DNA from: a virus
Reading direction: 5' to 3' (one strand)
IMG/VR virus record: IMGVR_UViG_3300029286_000029
Length of the DNA: 64,000 nt
Below, one piece after another: positions 1 through 10,200 of the stretch. The notes beneath the pieces were generated by a model, which worked only from the letters and a program-made list of their open reading frames with translations, was not told the DNA's origin and did not search any database. The translations under genes and the position numbers were made by a program. Each line of letters opens with the position of its first letter. Position 1 is the stretch's first letter.

Positions 1-117
1 CCACCTTCAGCATCATCTTCTTCATCTTCGACATCTTTACCTTTAACTTTTTTATCTTCATCATCAATTGACTCTTTTACAGACTTCTTAACTATACTTT
101 TTTTTGTTTTTGCCATG
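1..117 (-). CDS. Partial CDS (start codon at 115-117, runs off the left edge). Its N-terminus MAKTKKSIVKK belongs to the shared MKTKKSILK-tag family seen in the neighbouring small genes.
   Basis: Reverse-complement translation reads MAKTKKSIVKKSVKESIDDEDKKVKGKDVEDEEDDAEGG. The N-terminus matches those of ORFs 843..1355, 1374..1539 and 1540..1950. Confidence 0.35.
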
Positions 118-224
118 CTAGTTTCTTTATTTTTTTAATAATTGACTTTTTAAGAGATACATCGACCTTTAATCTGCCCTCGTTAAATGAATTTGCTGTT
201 GAAGTTGGACCAGAATAATTTTGA

Positions 225-428
225 TTAATATCCAACATTTTTCGTTTTCTTAACTGCCTTCTTCAAAACTGCCATCTTCTTAGCTTTAGGAATCTTAACT
301 TTTGTAAATTTACTAAAATTGAAATCCTTAGGCGTTTTATTCTTTGGCATTACAATCTTTGGTAGCTTAAAAGAAGTTGCCTTTGGCACTTTACTTAAGC
401 TACTGATTCTAGAACTTTTCATTGCCAT
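225..428 (-). CDS. Small lysine-rich basic protein of 67 aa. It may be a DNA-binding or internal virion protein.
   Basis: ORF track. Composition is very basic (K/R-rich) and it sits in the minus-strand structural block. Confidence 0.4.
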   Translation of the reverse strand: MAMKSSRISSLSKVPKATSFKLPKIVMPKNKTPKDFNFSKFTKVKIPKAKKMAVLKKAVKKTKNVGY

Positions 429-462
429 TTTTATTTTTAATTATACCACATTTATAATTTAA

Positions 463-819
463 TTAAATAACACCATACGCTCCTCCGTTTTCCTCTATGT
501 CTTTTTCTTTTTTATATTTAGGATTTTCTGTTTTTTTTGATTCAAACTTTAAAGAAAGAACTGCATCCTGTAAATCAAGCATCCCTGTAATTACACCCTG
601 ATACTGAGATATTTTTGACGGTTCCTTAACTGGATCGATTATTAGAAATGAATCCTGAATTGAAGCAATTCTTTCTTGATTGTATTTAAGAATTGCAAAC
701 CAAACTGGTGTTCCCTCTAATGCCCTGAGATGAGTTCTCATATCCTCGTTTGACATCTCTCTTACAGCTGTACGAATGTCATCTGTATAATAATCCTTGA
801 TTTGATTAGTTTTATTCAT
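463..819 (-). CDS. Hypothetical protein, 118 aa.
   Basis: ORF track. Strand is consistent with the neighbouring minus-strand block. Confidence 0.45.
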   Translation of the reverse strand: MNKTNQIKDYYTDDIRTAVREMSNEDMRTHLRALEGTPVWFAILKYNQERIASIQDSFLIIDPVKEPSKISQYQGVITGMLDLQDAVLSLKFESKKTENPKYKKEKDIEENGGAYGVI

Positions 820-842
820 ATTTTATATTATTTAATAATTAT

Positions 843-1355
843 TTATACCTTTTCTGAAACGTCTTTACCTTTTGTATATTTTGTATAACCACGCATTATA
901 CTACCAGGTTTATAATCTGGTTCCATCCAAGATGGCTTTACTTCAGTCTTCTGTTTAAATTCTGGTTTAAGAGTCTTTCTAATAGTCTTAAACTTAGAAT
1001 TAAAGTCTGAAACATCTTTTGGTGTAGGATTTATGATCTCCCCCATGGAATTCTTCTTTGAAGTAGTAGGAAAATTGCCTGGCGTTATCTTCTTTATGGT
1101 ATTTTTCAATATTTCTTTTTTAGGAGAAACAATTTCTTTAGCTTTTTTGAGAGCACTCCAAGCCCCTCCAATTGGCGCCTTTAGAGCGGCACTGGCATAA
1201 GAAACTGGATCATTACCGCCCATTAATGACTTATCATAAGCCAGATTCTTCTTAAATGTATCCTTAACACCAGAAATACCGGCTTTTACCACATCTTTCA
1301 ATGGTCCACCCTTACCCATACACACCTCTTTTAAAATTGATTTTTTAGTTTTCAT
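843..1355 (-). CDS. Hypothetical protein of 170 aa carrying the conserved N-terminal tag MKTKKSILKEV..GKGGP. Candidate internal virion protein.
   Basis: The N-terminus is shared with three neighbouring genes. It lies directly downstream of the candidate portal gene. Composition is basic and low-complexity. Confidence 0.5.
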   Translation of the reverse strand: MKTKKSILKEVCMGKGGPLKDVVKAGISGVKDTFKKNLAYDKSLMGGNDPVSYASAALKAPIGGAWSALKKAKEIVSPKKEILKNTIKKITPGNFPTTSKKNSMGEIINPTPKDVSDFNSKFKTIRKTLKPEFKQKTEVKPSWMEPDYKPGSIMRGYTKYTKGKDVSEKV

Positions 1356-1373
1356 CTTATTATTTTTAATTTA

Positions 1374-1539
1374 TTAATTACCTAAAGAATTTGATTTTGA
1401 CTTAGGAATTGCGGTGGCGGTTGGGGGTATCCCGGGATTCTCAAGAAGATTAATAGGGGAGTCGGCTTGAGAAAAAGAAGTTTGTTCTAAACCACCCTTA
1501 CCAAGATACCTTTTTAAAATAGCTTTTTTCTTATTCATA
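1374..1539 (-). CDS. Small protein of 54 aa, not in the ORF track. It has the same N-terminal tag (MNKKKAILKRYLGKGG) and the motif SPINLLENPGIPP.
   Basis: Manual translation of the minus strand gives MNKKKAILKRYLGKGGLEQTSFSQADSPINLLENPGIPPTATAIPKSKSNSLGN. The SPINLL motif also occurs in the C-terminus of the portal candidate. Confidence 0.4.
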
Positions 1540-1950
1540 TTATATCATTTTATTTATTCTTCTCTTCAGTGAATCTCTTTTAATATCCTTTTGACTCGGA
1601 ATCTGACCTTTCTGAACTTCAGTTTGACTCTGAATCATTCCACCTCTTGTTACAGGAGGAAGTGGTCTTTTTAAATTGGCCTGACTAGGAATACGTTGAG
1701 AAGGAACAACCACATCAGTTAAGTTTTTAGGACCTGGAGTAGCGAAATTAGTAGAATAAGTTATTCTTGGTTTTGTCTTAACTTGGACACTAGGATTTGT
1801 TGTTGAAGAAGGAAAAACTGACTTATTTATAATTTCCTTAGGAACAATGTCATTACCTCTTGTTCGTGTCCTTAAAATATCCCGAATATCATTATGAATA
1901 GGTCCACCTTGACCTAAATATTTTTTTAAAATTGATTTTTTAGTTTTCAT
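1540..1950 (-). CDS. Hypothetical protein with the N-terminal tag MKTKKSILKKYLGQGGP. The start was moved to the internal ATG; the ORF track gives 1540..1983.
   Basis: The internal Met gives an N-terminus homologous to the paralogs and removes the overlap with the upstream gene, whose stop is at 1955. Confidence 0.5.
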   Translation of the reverse strand: MKTKKSILKKYLGQGGPIHNDIRDILRTRTRGNDIVPKEIINKSVFPSSTTNPSVQVKTKPRITYSTNFATPGPKNLTDVVVPSQRIPSQANLKRPLPPVTRGGMIQSQTEVQKGQIPSQKDIKRDSLKRRINKMI

Positions 1951-1954
1951 CTTG

Positions 1955-4105
1955 TTATTTACCTTTCTGTAAACTACTTGCACGATTCATTAATGCACTT
2001 TCTGGATTGCTATTTGCACTATGAATACTTGTATTTGTATTCACCTTTCCTGTCCTGTTCATCCCCCTTGGATTCGTCGTAGGAAGTTGTACTCTCTGTC
2101 CGACACCCATTACAGTAGGTGGTAATCCACCAGAACCAAGTAAATTAATAGGGGAAGAGGCCTGACCAAAACCAGAAGGAGGTGTTCCACCCGAATTACC
2201 TCTCAACATAGCTAAGGCGCTTTGTGCTACATCAGGAGGAATATTTGACGTTCCTACAGGTGGAGCTGATACTTCAGGAGATCCAGAAACCATCTCCGCC
2301 ATAGGATCCGTTTGTATTGGTTGACCATCTGGACCCAACATCGGTTGTCCATCTGGACCAACAGACGACGATACCTCTTCTTCACCCTTTACCACTGAGT
2401 CGAGTGACCAGTTCCAATCCACAAGAATCTTTTGTGTAAGTTTTTGAGGATCAACAAATGGCAAATTGATAAGAAGTTGGAAAAGATCCATATCTTGCTT
2501 CTTTTTTATATCCTGTTGACCGGCAATAGATGGAAGAACAGAGGCTCTATAGTCAAATTTACCCTCCAAATCATCTTTTTGAATAATTGGGAATAATTCC
2601 TTACCATCGTCACCTACAATTCGAATAATCATGTCTTCTGTAAAGAATTGACGTGACATATCCATCCAATATCTCATTAAATCAGAAAAACCGTTACCTA
2701 AATGGTTAACAAACAGCCTAACGCGTTCCAAAGTAGACTCTCGAAGATGCCTTACCTCTGTTGCAGACCCTGCCGACCCACCTGCACCCATCGAAAAATC
2801 GTCAACGCCAGAAGCATAACGCATATCAGCCTTCAAAAGATCTTCTTCCTTGTAAGCACTGGCTTTTATATCACTAAACTGAACTTCCCGGACGCCATTT
2901 GGGTCTACAGAGTAAATAATACCGAAAGGACGCGTTACAAGTTCCTCCTTGTTGATATTTGCCAATGGATTAACGATCCACATCTTATGGATTGACAAAG
3001 TAGCAGAATCAAGACGTTGATTCTTGATCATGTTCATCATAATTTGAGGATTTTCCAAGATCATTGGCAAACCATAACCCTCAAATTCACCTGGAACCTT
3101 CAAATAAGGAAAATCAATGAAATTTGCTTCCTTAAAATCGTAAGGAATAGGCATCCAACCGTCCTTAAAGATAGGTGTCCAACTTCCGCCAACGTGAACA
3201 GAGTAAGAATCAGCAAAAGGTTGCGTCCATTCGAAAACTTCATACATCTGTAAGTCAGGATCACCGAAATTATTATATTTATCACTACCAAATCCATAGG
3301 CTGGTCCATTAAAAGTACTAATTCCTTTAACAATTAGGTCTTGATTTTGTTTTACTTGGACACGAATAGAGGCATAATCACTCAAATCACCTCCTGGATT
3401 ATTCAATGCTAGTTGTAAACGCTCAGGATCAGCGTTGGGATAACGTCTTTTAATCTCTGGTGCAGTCAAAACCAACCTTTTAAACCAATATTGCTTGTTT
3501 TGACGTTCGGTATTGTGCCAATCATACATGAGTGAGTAATTATCTACCCATTCAGCGCACGGAGCATCATAAAAAGTTCTTTCCTCCTCCTTCCATTCAT
3601 ATTTTTTCCTTAATATATCCTTTGTTTTAAGAAATTTTTGCTTTCTAACATCTTTTTTCCAAAAAACCTGTAAATATCCCATGCCATAGACAAGAGAAGA
3701 ACGAACTACATCTTCTGTCGTCTTGTCCATCTTGGAAATTTCCCATAAATAATCACCGAGTTGTTGTTGTTTTTCAGCTTTTAGTGCATCTTCCTGAGTT
3801 CTGCCTTGGACATCAAAATCTGGTCTAGCATCTAAAACACGAGGCATGAGGGTTTCCACTACAGCCTGAACGTAGGGTACAAATATATTTGATTGCCAAG
3901 ACTTTATTTGAAGTTGACGATCTCCGTTATAAGCAATATAAAGTTTATAAGATCGATCAAGACGAGGTTTGATTACCCGAAGGAAATATTGACGTGCATC
4001 TTGCATCTGAAGATGAAATTTCGACTGGAAAGAAACTTCCTCAGGACCGTAATCCGACGGGGTATAGGTATTAAAACGCGTATATTTATTAATTATGATA
4101 GACAT
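1955..4105 (-). CDS. Candidate portal protein, 716 aa. The C-terminal tail is rich in Gly, Pro and Ser.
   Basis: The call rests on position and size. It lies immediately downstream of the large terminase in the canonical order TerS-TerL-portal. No portal motif was recognised. Confidence 0.5.
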   Translation of the reverse strand: MSIIINKYTRFNTYTPSDYGPEEVSFQSKFHLQMQDARQYFLRVIKPRLDRSYKLYIAYNGDRQLQIKSWQSNIFVPYVQAVVETLMPRVLDARPDFDVQGRTQEDALKAEKQQQLGDYLWEISKMDKTTEDVVRSSLVYGMGYLQVFWKKDVRKQKFLKTKDILRKKYEWKEEERTFYDAPCAEWVDNYSLMYDWHNTERQNKQYWFKRLVLTAPEIKRRYPNADPERLQLALNNPGGDLSDYASIRVQVKQNQDLIVKGISTFNGPAYGFGSDKYNNFGDPDLQMYEVFEWTQPFADSYSVHVGGSWTPIFKDGWMPIPYDFKEANFIDFPYLKVPGEFEGYGLPMILENPQIMMNMIKNQRLDSATLSIHKMWIVNPLANINKEELVTRPFGIIYSVDPNGVREVQFSDIKASAYKEEDLLKADMRYASGVDDFSMGAGGSAGSATEVRHLRESTLERVRLFVNHLGNGFSDLMRYWMDMSRQFFTEDMIIRIVGDDGKELFPIIQKDDLEGKFDYRASVLPSIAGQQDIKKKQDMDLFQLLINLPFVDPQKLTQKILVDWNWSLDSVVKGEEEVSSSVGPDGQPMLGPDGQPIQTDPMAEMVSGSPEVSAPPVGTSNIPPDVAQSALAMLRGNSGGTPPSGFGQASSPINLLGSGGLPPTVMGVGQRVQLPTTNPRGMNRTGKVNTNTSIHSANSNPESALMNRASSLQKGK

Positions 4106-4135
4106 TTTTATAATTTTATCACAGTCCCGTGATTA

Positions 4136-5617
4136 TTAATATCCAGCCGGAGGCATATAATTTTGATAATTCAATTGTGTCATTGGTTTATCACTTAAAA
4201 CCTTGAATCCTTGTAAGGCAATCGCCGTCGCAAAAATAGCATCATCATGATATCCGTCCATCGCAACCATATTATTAGCATCGTTAAAAATAAAAACCGT
4301 CATTTCATCTACTGTCTCTTTTGAATGTAAAGTAATGGTATCTTCCCTTGTACTTTGCTCAAATTCGTCAATTAAAATTGGCCGGGTTAATTTAGTTGTC
4401 TTCCAACCTAATTTGTCACTCCAAGGATTTCCAATTGTATCAAATCTTGCAGGACGAAAATACAAAGAAGGATAAAGCATTTGCTTAAGAATATTTAACA
4501 CAACACTTCCGTGCGCCTCTGCTTCTACCACCATCAGGGCGTTATTGTACTTTCTTCCCCACTTGTCCAGGACTTTTGCAAATTTATCTGGGGCAATATG
4601 ACCACGCCAAAAAGCGACCTCTTCCCCACTATTCCTATCTAAAATTACAGCAACGGCATAGTCACCCCCGGTTACGCCCTCTGAACAGTCAGCCCCAAGA
4701 ACATAAAAATGACCATTCTCTGGTGGTTTATAAATTCTAAATCCTTCTTCTTCCCGAACAATATGTTCAGATCCATCAGCCATCTTTACTGAACTACCTA
4801 CCTTTAAAACTCTCTTCCTTTGCAAGTTAATTGCTTCCTGTGTAAAAACAGATCGTCCAGAAATTAAAAACTCAAGAGCATAGTTGTTATTAAACTTACG
4901 CTCATTATTCATTCTTCTCTTAATTATCTCTATTTCTGATTCAGAATAATTCCACCACCACCCATATTCTTTTTTTATATAATCGTTATCAGAAACCCAC
5001 ATTCGATGGAAATAATCTCCCACAGCACCGGGAGAAGATTCGATAATTATTTTCCCGTTTACAGGAACAGACGCCTCGAGAGTCACCATTTTTTCTTCTG
5101 TTTTATCCCAGAAAGGCACCTCAGTCAACAAGGCATAATTTATTGTATATCCTCGACCAACGTTCTCAGTAGAAGGAAGAACTAAAATTTTAGAATCCAC
5201 CTTCGGAAAAGAAATTTCATACTTAGAGTTGTAATGGATCGTTGGTTTTATAGCGTCTGGAGTTGTCCTATAAAAAGTTTTAATTTTGTCCAAAAGTTCA
5301 GCCGTTAAGTCGTTGTTGTACCCAACTAACGCTGTCGTTACACCAGCAGTAGTAATTGTTTTATGATAAAGAAATCCAGTAACGGCAGTTGAAAATCCGA
5401 TCTGCCGCGCTTTCATTATAATAATACGGTTATTTCTTTGAATCGTATTAAAAATATCAAGTTGCGCAGGTTTAAGAATAAAGGGAACTAAACCCTTTCC
5501 TTCTTTTCCTTTGATTCTACAAAAATTCTCTATGTAGTATCTAGGATCAGCCAGTTGTTCAATTCCAGCATTAGTCATAAAGTCCTCTTGATTCTTTATT
5601 AGCCTTTTCTTTAGCAA
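4136..5617 (-). CDS. terL: Terminase large subunit (ATPase plus nuclease). The annotated start is TTG; an alternative ATG start at 5578 gives MTNAGIEQL.
   Basis: A Walker-A-like motif KARQIGFSTAV is typical of TerL. The C-terminal RNase H-like nuclease region carries acidic motifs (VLGADCSEG, MVVEAEAHG, DGYHDD). Confidence 0.85.
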   Translation of the reverse strand: MLKKRLIKNQEDFMTNAGIEQLADPRYYIENFCRIKGKEGKGLVPFILKPAQLDIFNTIQRNNRIIIMKARQIGFSTAVTGFLYHKTITTAGVTTALVGYNNDLTAELLDKIKTFYRTTPDAIKPTIHYNSKYEISFPKVDSKILVLPSTENVGRGYTINYALLTEVPFWDKTEEKMVTLEASVPVNGKIIIESSPGAVGDYFHRMWVSDNDYIKKEYGWWWNYSESEIEIIKRRMNNERKFNNNYALEFLISGRSVFTQEAINLQRKRVLKVGSSVKMADGSEHIVREEEGFRIYKPPENGHFYVLGADCSEGVTGGDYAVAVILDRNSGEEVAFWRGHIAPDKFAKVLDKWGRKYNNALMVVEAEAHGSVVLNILKQMLYPSLYFRPARFDTIGNPWSDKLGWKTTKLTRPILIDEFEQSTREDTITLHSKETVDEMTVFIFNDANNMVAMDGYHDDAIFATAIALQGFKVLSDKPMTQLNYQNYMPPAGY

Positions 5618-6086
5618 TTCTTATGTGTTCAGGCATTGGAGGTTCTATTACCTTATATTCAATTATTTTTTCGGGTTCACCCTTTTTTTCTGCCTCAGAA
5701 TTGAGTTTTAAAAGAATATCTTCCCAACCGCCACCGCTAATAGCGGTTTCTTCATATTTATCTAACCCGATAGACTTCAAAAGCATATTCAAAGCAGCCA
5801 ATTTGTCTGACGACTTATAAGCATTATCTATTTCATGTTTTACATTACTAACAATGTAATCAAAAGTAATTCCCGCCTTTGATAAAGCAGCATGATATTC
5901 TTTTCTCATGGCAACCTTATCTAAAGTACGATAAACCTCAGCCACTGTTCTAACACCAATTAATTCTTTTAACTTTTTTGGATCTTGGGTGATCTTTAAA
6001 GCCTTAAGCAACATTATTTGCTGAGTAGTATTCTGAGCGTTGTAAGGGTATTTACCTTGGACAAAAATAACCGGTTTTAATTTCAT
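5571..6086 (-). CDS. Candidate small terminase subunit, 171 aa.
   Basis: It sits immediately upstream of terL with a small overlap. Size and a helical N-terminal region are consistent with TerS. No diagnostic motif was seen. Confidence 0.35.
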   Translation of the reverse strand: MKLKPVIFVQGKYPYNAQNTTQQIMLLKALKITQDPKKLKELIGVRTVAEVYRTLDKVAMRKEYHAALSKAGITFDYIVSNVKHEIDNAYKSSDKLAALNMLLKSIGLDKYEETAISGGGWEDILLKLNSEAEKKGEPEKIIEYKVIEPPMPEHIRIAKEKANKESRGLYD

Positions 6087-6087
6087 A

Positions 6088-6762
6088 TTATTTTTTTCTT
6101 CTAGCCCTAACTGGTAATTTATCTAAATCCCTTATATAAACCAGGACATAGGAAGACCCACGATTACTCATTAGGCGATATCTTTCTCTTCCTAATTTTT
6201 CGTTAATAGAACTTATATGGTTAATTACATAATCTATAAACTTAGAATAGGTCATCTTACGTTCATCAGCAATTTTAAGTAATTCCAATCTGTCATCCAT
6301 CTTAGACACTAACGGTAAAAAATCTAAAGAAATATTTTTAAATGGGAATTTATAATATTCAGGATTTTTAAAAGGATTTTCCTCTACGAACAATGGAAAC
6401 AATTCAAGAAAATATGTTTCTAATGATGGAAAAATCCTACTCTTTGTAATAGGTTGAACGTCCTTACCGACAATCCGTCTTACAAATTTAGAAAAACCAA
6501 CGCAAAAACGAGGAGAATTATTCTTCATCTGAAGAGTAGACTTTTCCCCACTATATGAAAATTGTAAACGCAACCAAGATAACTTTACTGCATTATCAAA
6601 AAAAGAAGAATAAAAATCAGTTAAAAAATCCCGACTAAGATTAATATATTCATTTAAATCCATCCCATTAGAAACTGAAATATGATCTAAATTTAATCTA
6701 GCTGGATTTCTTATATGATCAGAAGAAAAAACATCTTCGTATGTTTTAGGGTACTGTTCCAT
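6088..6762 (-). CDS. Hypothetical protein, 224 aa.
   Basis: ORF track. It is tightly packed with its neighbours. Confidence 0.5.
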   Translation of the reverse strand: MEQYPKTYEDVFSSDHIRNPARLNLDHISVSNGMDLNEYINLSRDFLTDFYSSFFDNAVKLSWLRLQFSYSGEKSTLQMKNNSPRFCVGFSKFVRRIVGKDVQPITKSRIFPSLETYFLELFPLFVEENPFKNPEYYKFPFKNISLDFLPLVSKMDDRLELLKIADERKMTYSKFIDYVINHISSINEKLGRERYRLMSNRGSSYVLVYIRDLDKLPVRARRKK

Positions 6763-6800
6763 TGTTTTTTATTTATATTCATATTTATAACCAGCGAAAA

Positions 6801-7214
6801 CTATACTAACGCAGAACCTTCTTCTGGTGACGGAAGAACTTGCTCGTTTTGTACTTCTGGACTTTCAGAATCACCATTAAGTAAAGTCTTTAATGCCTGT
6901 TCAACCTGTTGATAGAGTTCTGGATTATTCTGTTTTATCGTATCTAAAAATTCTTTAACTTCTTCAGGATTATTCGGATCGATCCCTTTGGATTCGAATA
7001 AATCAAATAGTTCCCTAAGAACCTGACTCTTAATTTCTTGTGATTGATTATCTGAAGAAAACTTTTGAGCATTAAATTCTTGATATTTTCCATCAACTTT
7101 TGCCATCATGTCTTGAAGATTAGTTCTCATTTGATCTTGAGACAGTCCGGGATCATCAACCGGCGGCTGAACCTGCTGAGGAGTTTCGTTATCTGGTTGT
7201 ATTAATGGATCCAT
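6801..7214 (-). CDS. Highly acidic protein of 137 aa. It could be a scaffold or a DNA mimic.
   Basis: The ORF is rich in Asp, Glu and Gln and is predicted to be helical. Confidence 0.5.
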   Translation of the reverse strand: MDPLIQPDNETPQQVQPPVDDPGLSQDQMRTNLQDMMAKVDGKYQEFNAQKFSSDNQSQEIKSQVLRELFDLFESKGIDPNNPEEVKEFLDTIKQNNPELYQQVEQALKTLLNGDSESPEVQNEQVLPSPEEGSALV

Positions 7215-7237
7215 ATTTTTATATTAATTAATAATTT

Positions 7238-10200
7238 TTATTTAGAGATTTTAGTCGTGTCCAAAGTATACATCGGAATACCCGTAGTGCCAAGTACTGA
7301 GCGTAAAGTCTTAACAATGGCATTTTCTTTTGTCATCGCGCCGACTGAACTCCTCCCTTGTTCTGCCAGAGCCGTACTTCTAAAACGGTAACTTGGAATT
7401 AAATTAATTACCTCCGATGGTAATCCACCACCGAATAAACCTAAATATCCAAGTGACCCAGGGACAACTGACTCAAGCATTGTTCTTCCAGCATAAAAAG
7501 CTTTTATTCCTAGGTTATCTTTTGTCAATTTACCTTTATCATCATAGGTCGGATAAACCGGTTGGCCAAACTGTCCTTGTGGAGCTTGGTTTGTTCCAGA
7601 TAGGATTAAAGGTTGAATAAAAAAGTCTTTAATCACCTGTCCAGCTGGATCTTGCAATATCGGCATTTTATCTAACATCTTTAAGAAACGACCCTGAGCA
7701 GAATCATCATAAGTTTTTTCAGAAGGATTAAAAATGTTCATACCGTAAATTGGGATAGCATTTTTAACATTGGTGTTTATCATTCCAAAAATCTTCACAA
7801 CAGTTGGTGAGTTAAGATATTGATTATACTTTTCTTGCATCGCTAGTTTCTCAGCTGGTGTCCTCGAACCGGAAATTTCACTAAGCACAAAACCAATCTT
7901 ATTAAAAACAGCTGGGTTAGCAATTGCAGTTTTACCCATCTTAATCGCCATAGCGTATTGAAAAGAAAAGAACGGTGAACCCAAGATTGGTAAAGATTTC
8001 ATTATCTGAACAAATCCAGGCATTGCAGCATAATTCATAAAAGCCTCCATTGAAGCTTCCACTGCTTTCAGCGGAGTAAGACGATACAATTTCTCCCCCC
8101 CCGAAATTATTGGATCTAAAAAGTCTCCTTTTACTATCGGTATCTGTCTACTCATTGTCACTAACTCCTGCTCTGTTAAACCAACTTTGGTCATATAATT
8201 AACCGAAGCAATTTTTTGAATCTGATCAACATGCTCATACATCCTTGGGAGTTTATTAACCACCAGATTAGCTCCCTGGGCTATTATATTACCCGGTTCA
8301 TCTTCCACTATTTTAGCAATCCAATTTCTAAATTGATCAAGTTTCGCATTATTTATTTCATTCTCAAGGAACGAAGTAGTCTTCTCAGATTCTCTAACTG
8401 GAGCTTCTTTTGCTAATTTTGCTAAGGTTTCTGATTGTGTTGGGTATTTACCCATTGCCTGCTTCACAGATGAAATTTGTGTCTTAGTAGCTTCTTTTTC
8501 AAATTTTACAGCATCTTCAAACTTACTAGCATTTGACATAGCTGAATCAAAATCTTCCCATTGTTTAGATAAAAATGATTTTACTTCCTTAAAACCGTCA
8601 CCCTTACTTAATTCTCCAATAATTCTTTGTTCGATAGACATCTTATCAATCACAGTACTGGGACTAACTCCGGTAAAAGTTCTGAAGACATTAGAATTTT
8701 TCTCCATCATCTCAGTCAAAGAATTTATATCAGATAAAAACATGTTACGTAGCTCCAATGCGGTAAGTTTGTTATTTAAAAAATTACGAGCAGACATTAA
8801 TTCCTTTAAATAAGCCGCTTTGTAAGTAGGAATACCCAACATTGGACCCATAAGAAAGTTACCAGCGGTATTCACTACCGCCGATCCAACGTTCATTCCT
8901 GTTTTAGTTGCTTTCATTACAGCTGTCCAATCAACCAGACCGGTTAGAATCTTTTCAAAAGGATGCCATTCACCAGGGGTCATTTTAGGAATAGATTTTA
9001 CAACATCAATAGCATTAGTTTTAACAGCATTAGTTTTAACAGCATTAAAACTATTCCAAAGTCTAACAGTTTCTTCAGCACCATCAATAACAGCTTTTTC
9101 GACTTCTACCGCTGTTGCTGGAACTGATTTAAAACCATTTTTAACATAATTAAAAATGTCGTTATAACTTGTAGCCTTTACTTTATCTATAAAATTATCA
9201 TACCAAGATACCCCCGTTTTACCGTAGTCAACTACCTTATAAGCATCAACTAAACGCTTCATATTCTCACTGTCCTCAGCTATACCAGTAAGTACCTTGG
9301 CATTTTCTAATGAATCATAGATCTTAATTTTACCTGTTAGAGCTGGATTTAAGATCCCTTGAGCATTTCTTACTTCAAGATTATAAACACCATCAGCATC
9401 CTTTACTGCCATCTTAGCTAATTCATCCGTTGCTTCTGATATTGTTATAGTTGCACCTGGTTTTTCAAAATCAGCAATATCTACAAAGTGAGCTTTACCC
9501 ATAGATCTTTCGAATGCAGCACCCTTCATTTTGTATAATTGTTCAACTTCATCTTTTTGTTTTGTTACCGCCAGAGTATCTGCAGGAGAATACTTAAAGA
9601 ATTTAACAATCGATTCTCCACCGGAAACTTTTTTAATTAAATTTTCAACAGTCTTACCTACAACTCCAGACGGCAAACCAGTAAGAATTCCTTTTCCTAA
9701 TTTATCATAAACACTTGTTCCCATTAAGGAATCATATTTATCAGCATTTTTAATCGCTTTTGCTCCAATTTTTGCCACTATGTCAGTGTACCCTGGAACA
9801 TTATGAGCAAAAGGCACCAACTTCATTGCAGTTGCTGTTTTTTGTTCAACGCCAGATTTTAATCCTTCCCATCCAGTTTCAAGTGCCTTGGTAGGACTCC
9901 ACCCTCCACTAACGGCATTCTTAACTTCTGCCACTCTAGAACCAATAGATTCTCCTAATGGTTTCAATCCACTCTCTGCTACTTCTCTCAAAGCCGTCTC
10001 CCCTAAGTTTTTAGTCCCCGTCTTTAAGCCTCCTTTTATCAATCCCGCTCCCACTCTGGGGATAAGGGCTGCCGTCCCAGCGGTTGCCCAGTTGATCGGA
10101 TCCAACGCTACGTCTAAAGCAAAACCCAAAGGAATTTGGACAAAACGTGGTGCACCAAATTGAGTAAGAACATTACCGGCAGTAAGACCCGTTTCTATCG

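Noticed and set aside
2702-3333. Track ORFs 2702..2995(+), 3017..3253(+) and 3100..3333(-) inside the portal candidate gene
   Set aside because: They are fully embedded in a long, well-supported minus-strand ORF and sit on the opposite strand or in an alternate frame. They lack start context and are likely spurious.
9011-9049. 15-bp tandem repeat AGCATTAGTTTTAAC x2.6, considered as a possible CRISPR or iteron
   Set aside because: It is in frame within the 1104-aa CDS and encodes NAVKTNAVKTNAI. There are only about 2.5 copies and no spacer structure. It is a coding-sequence repeat.
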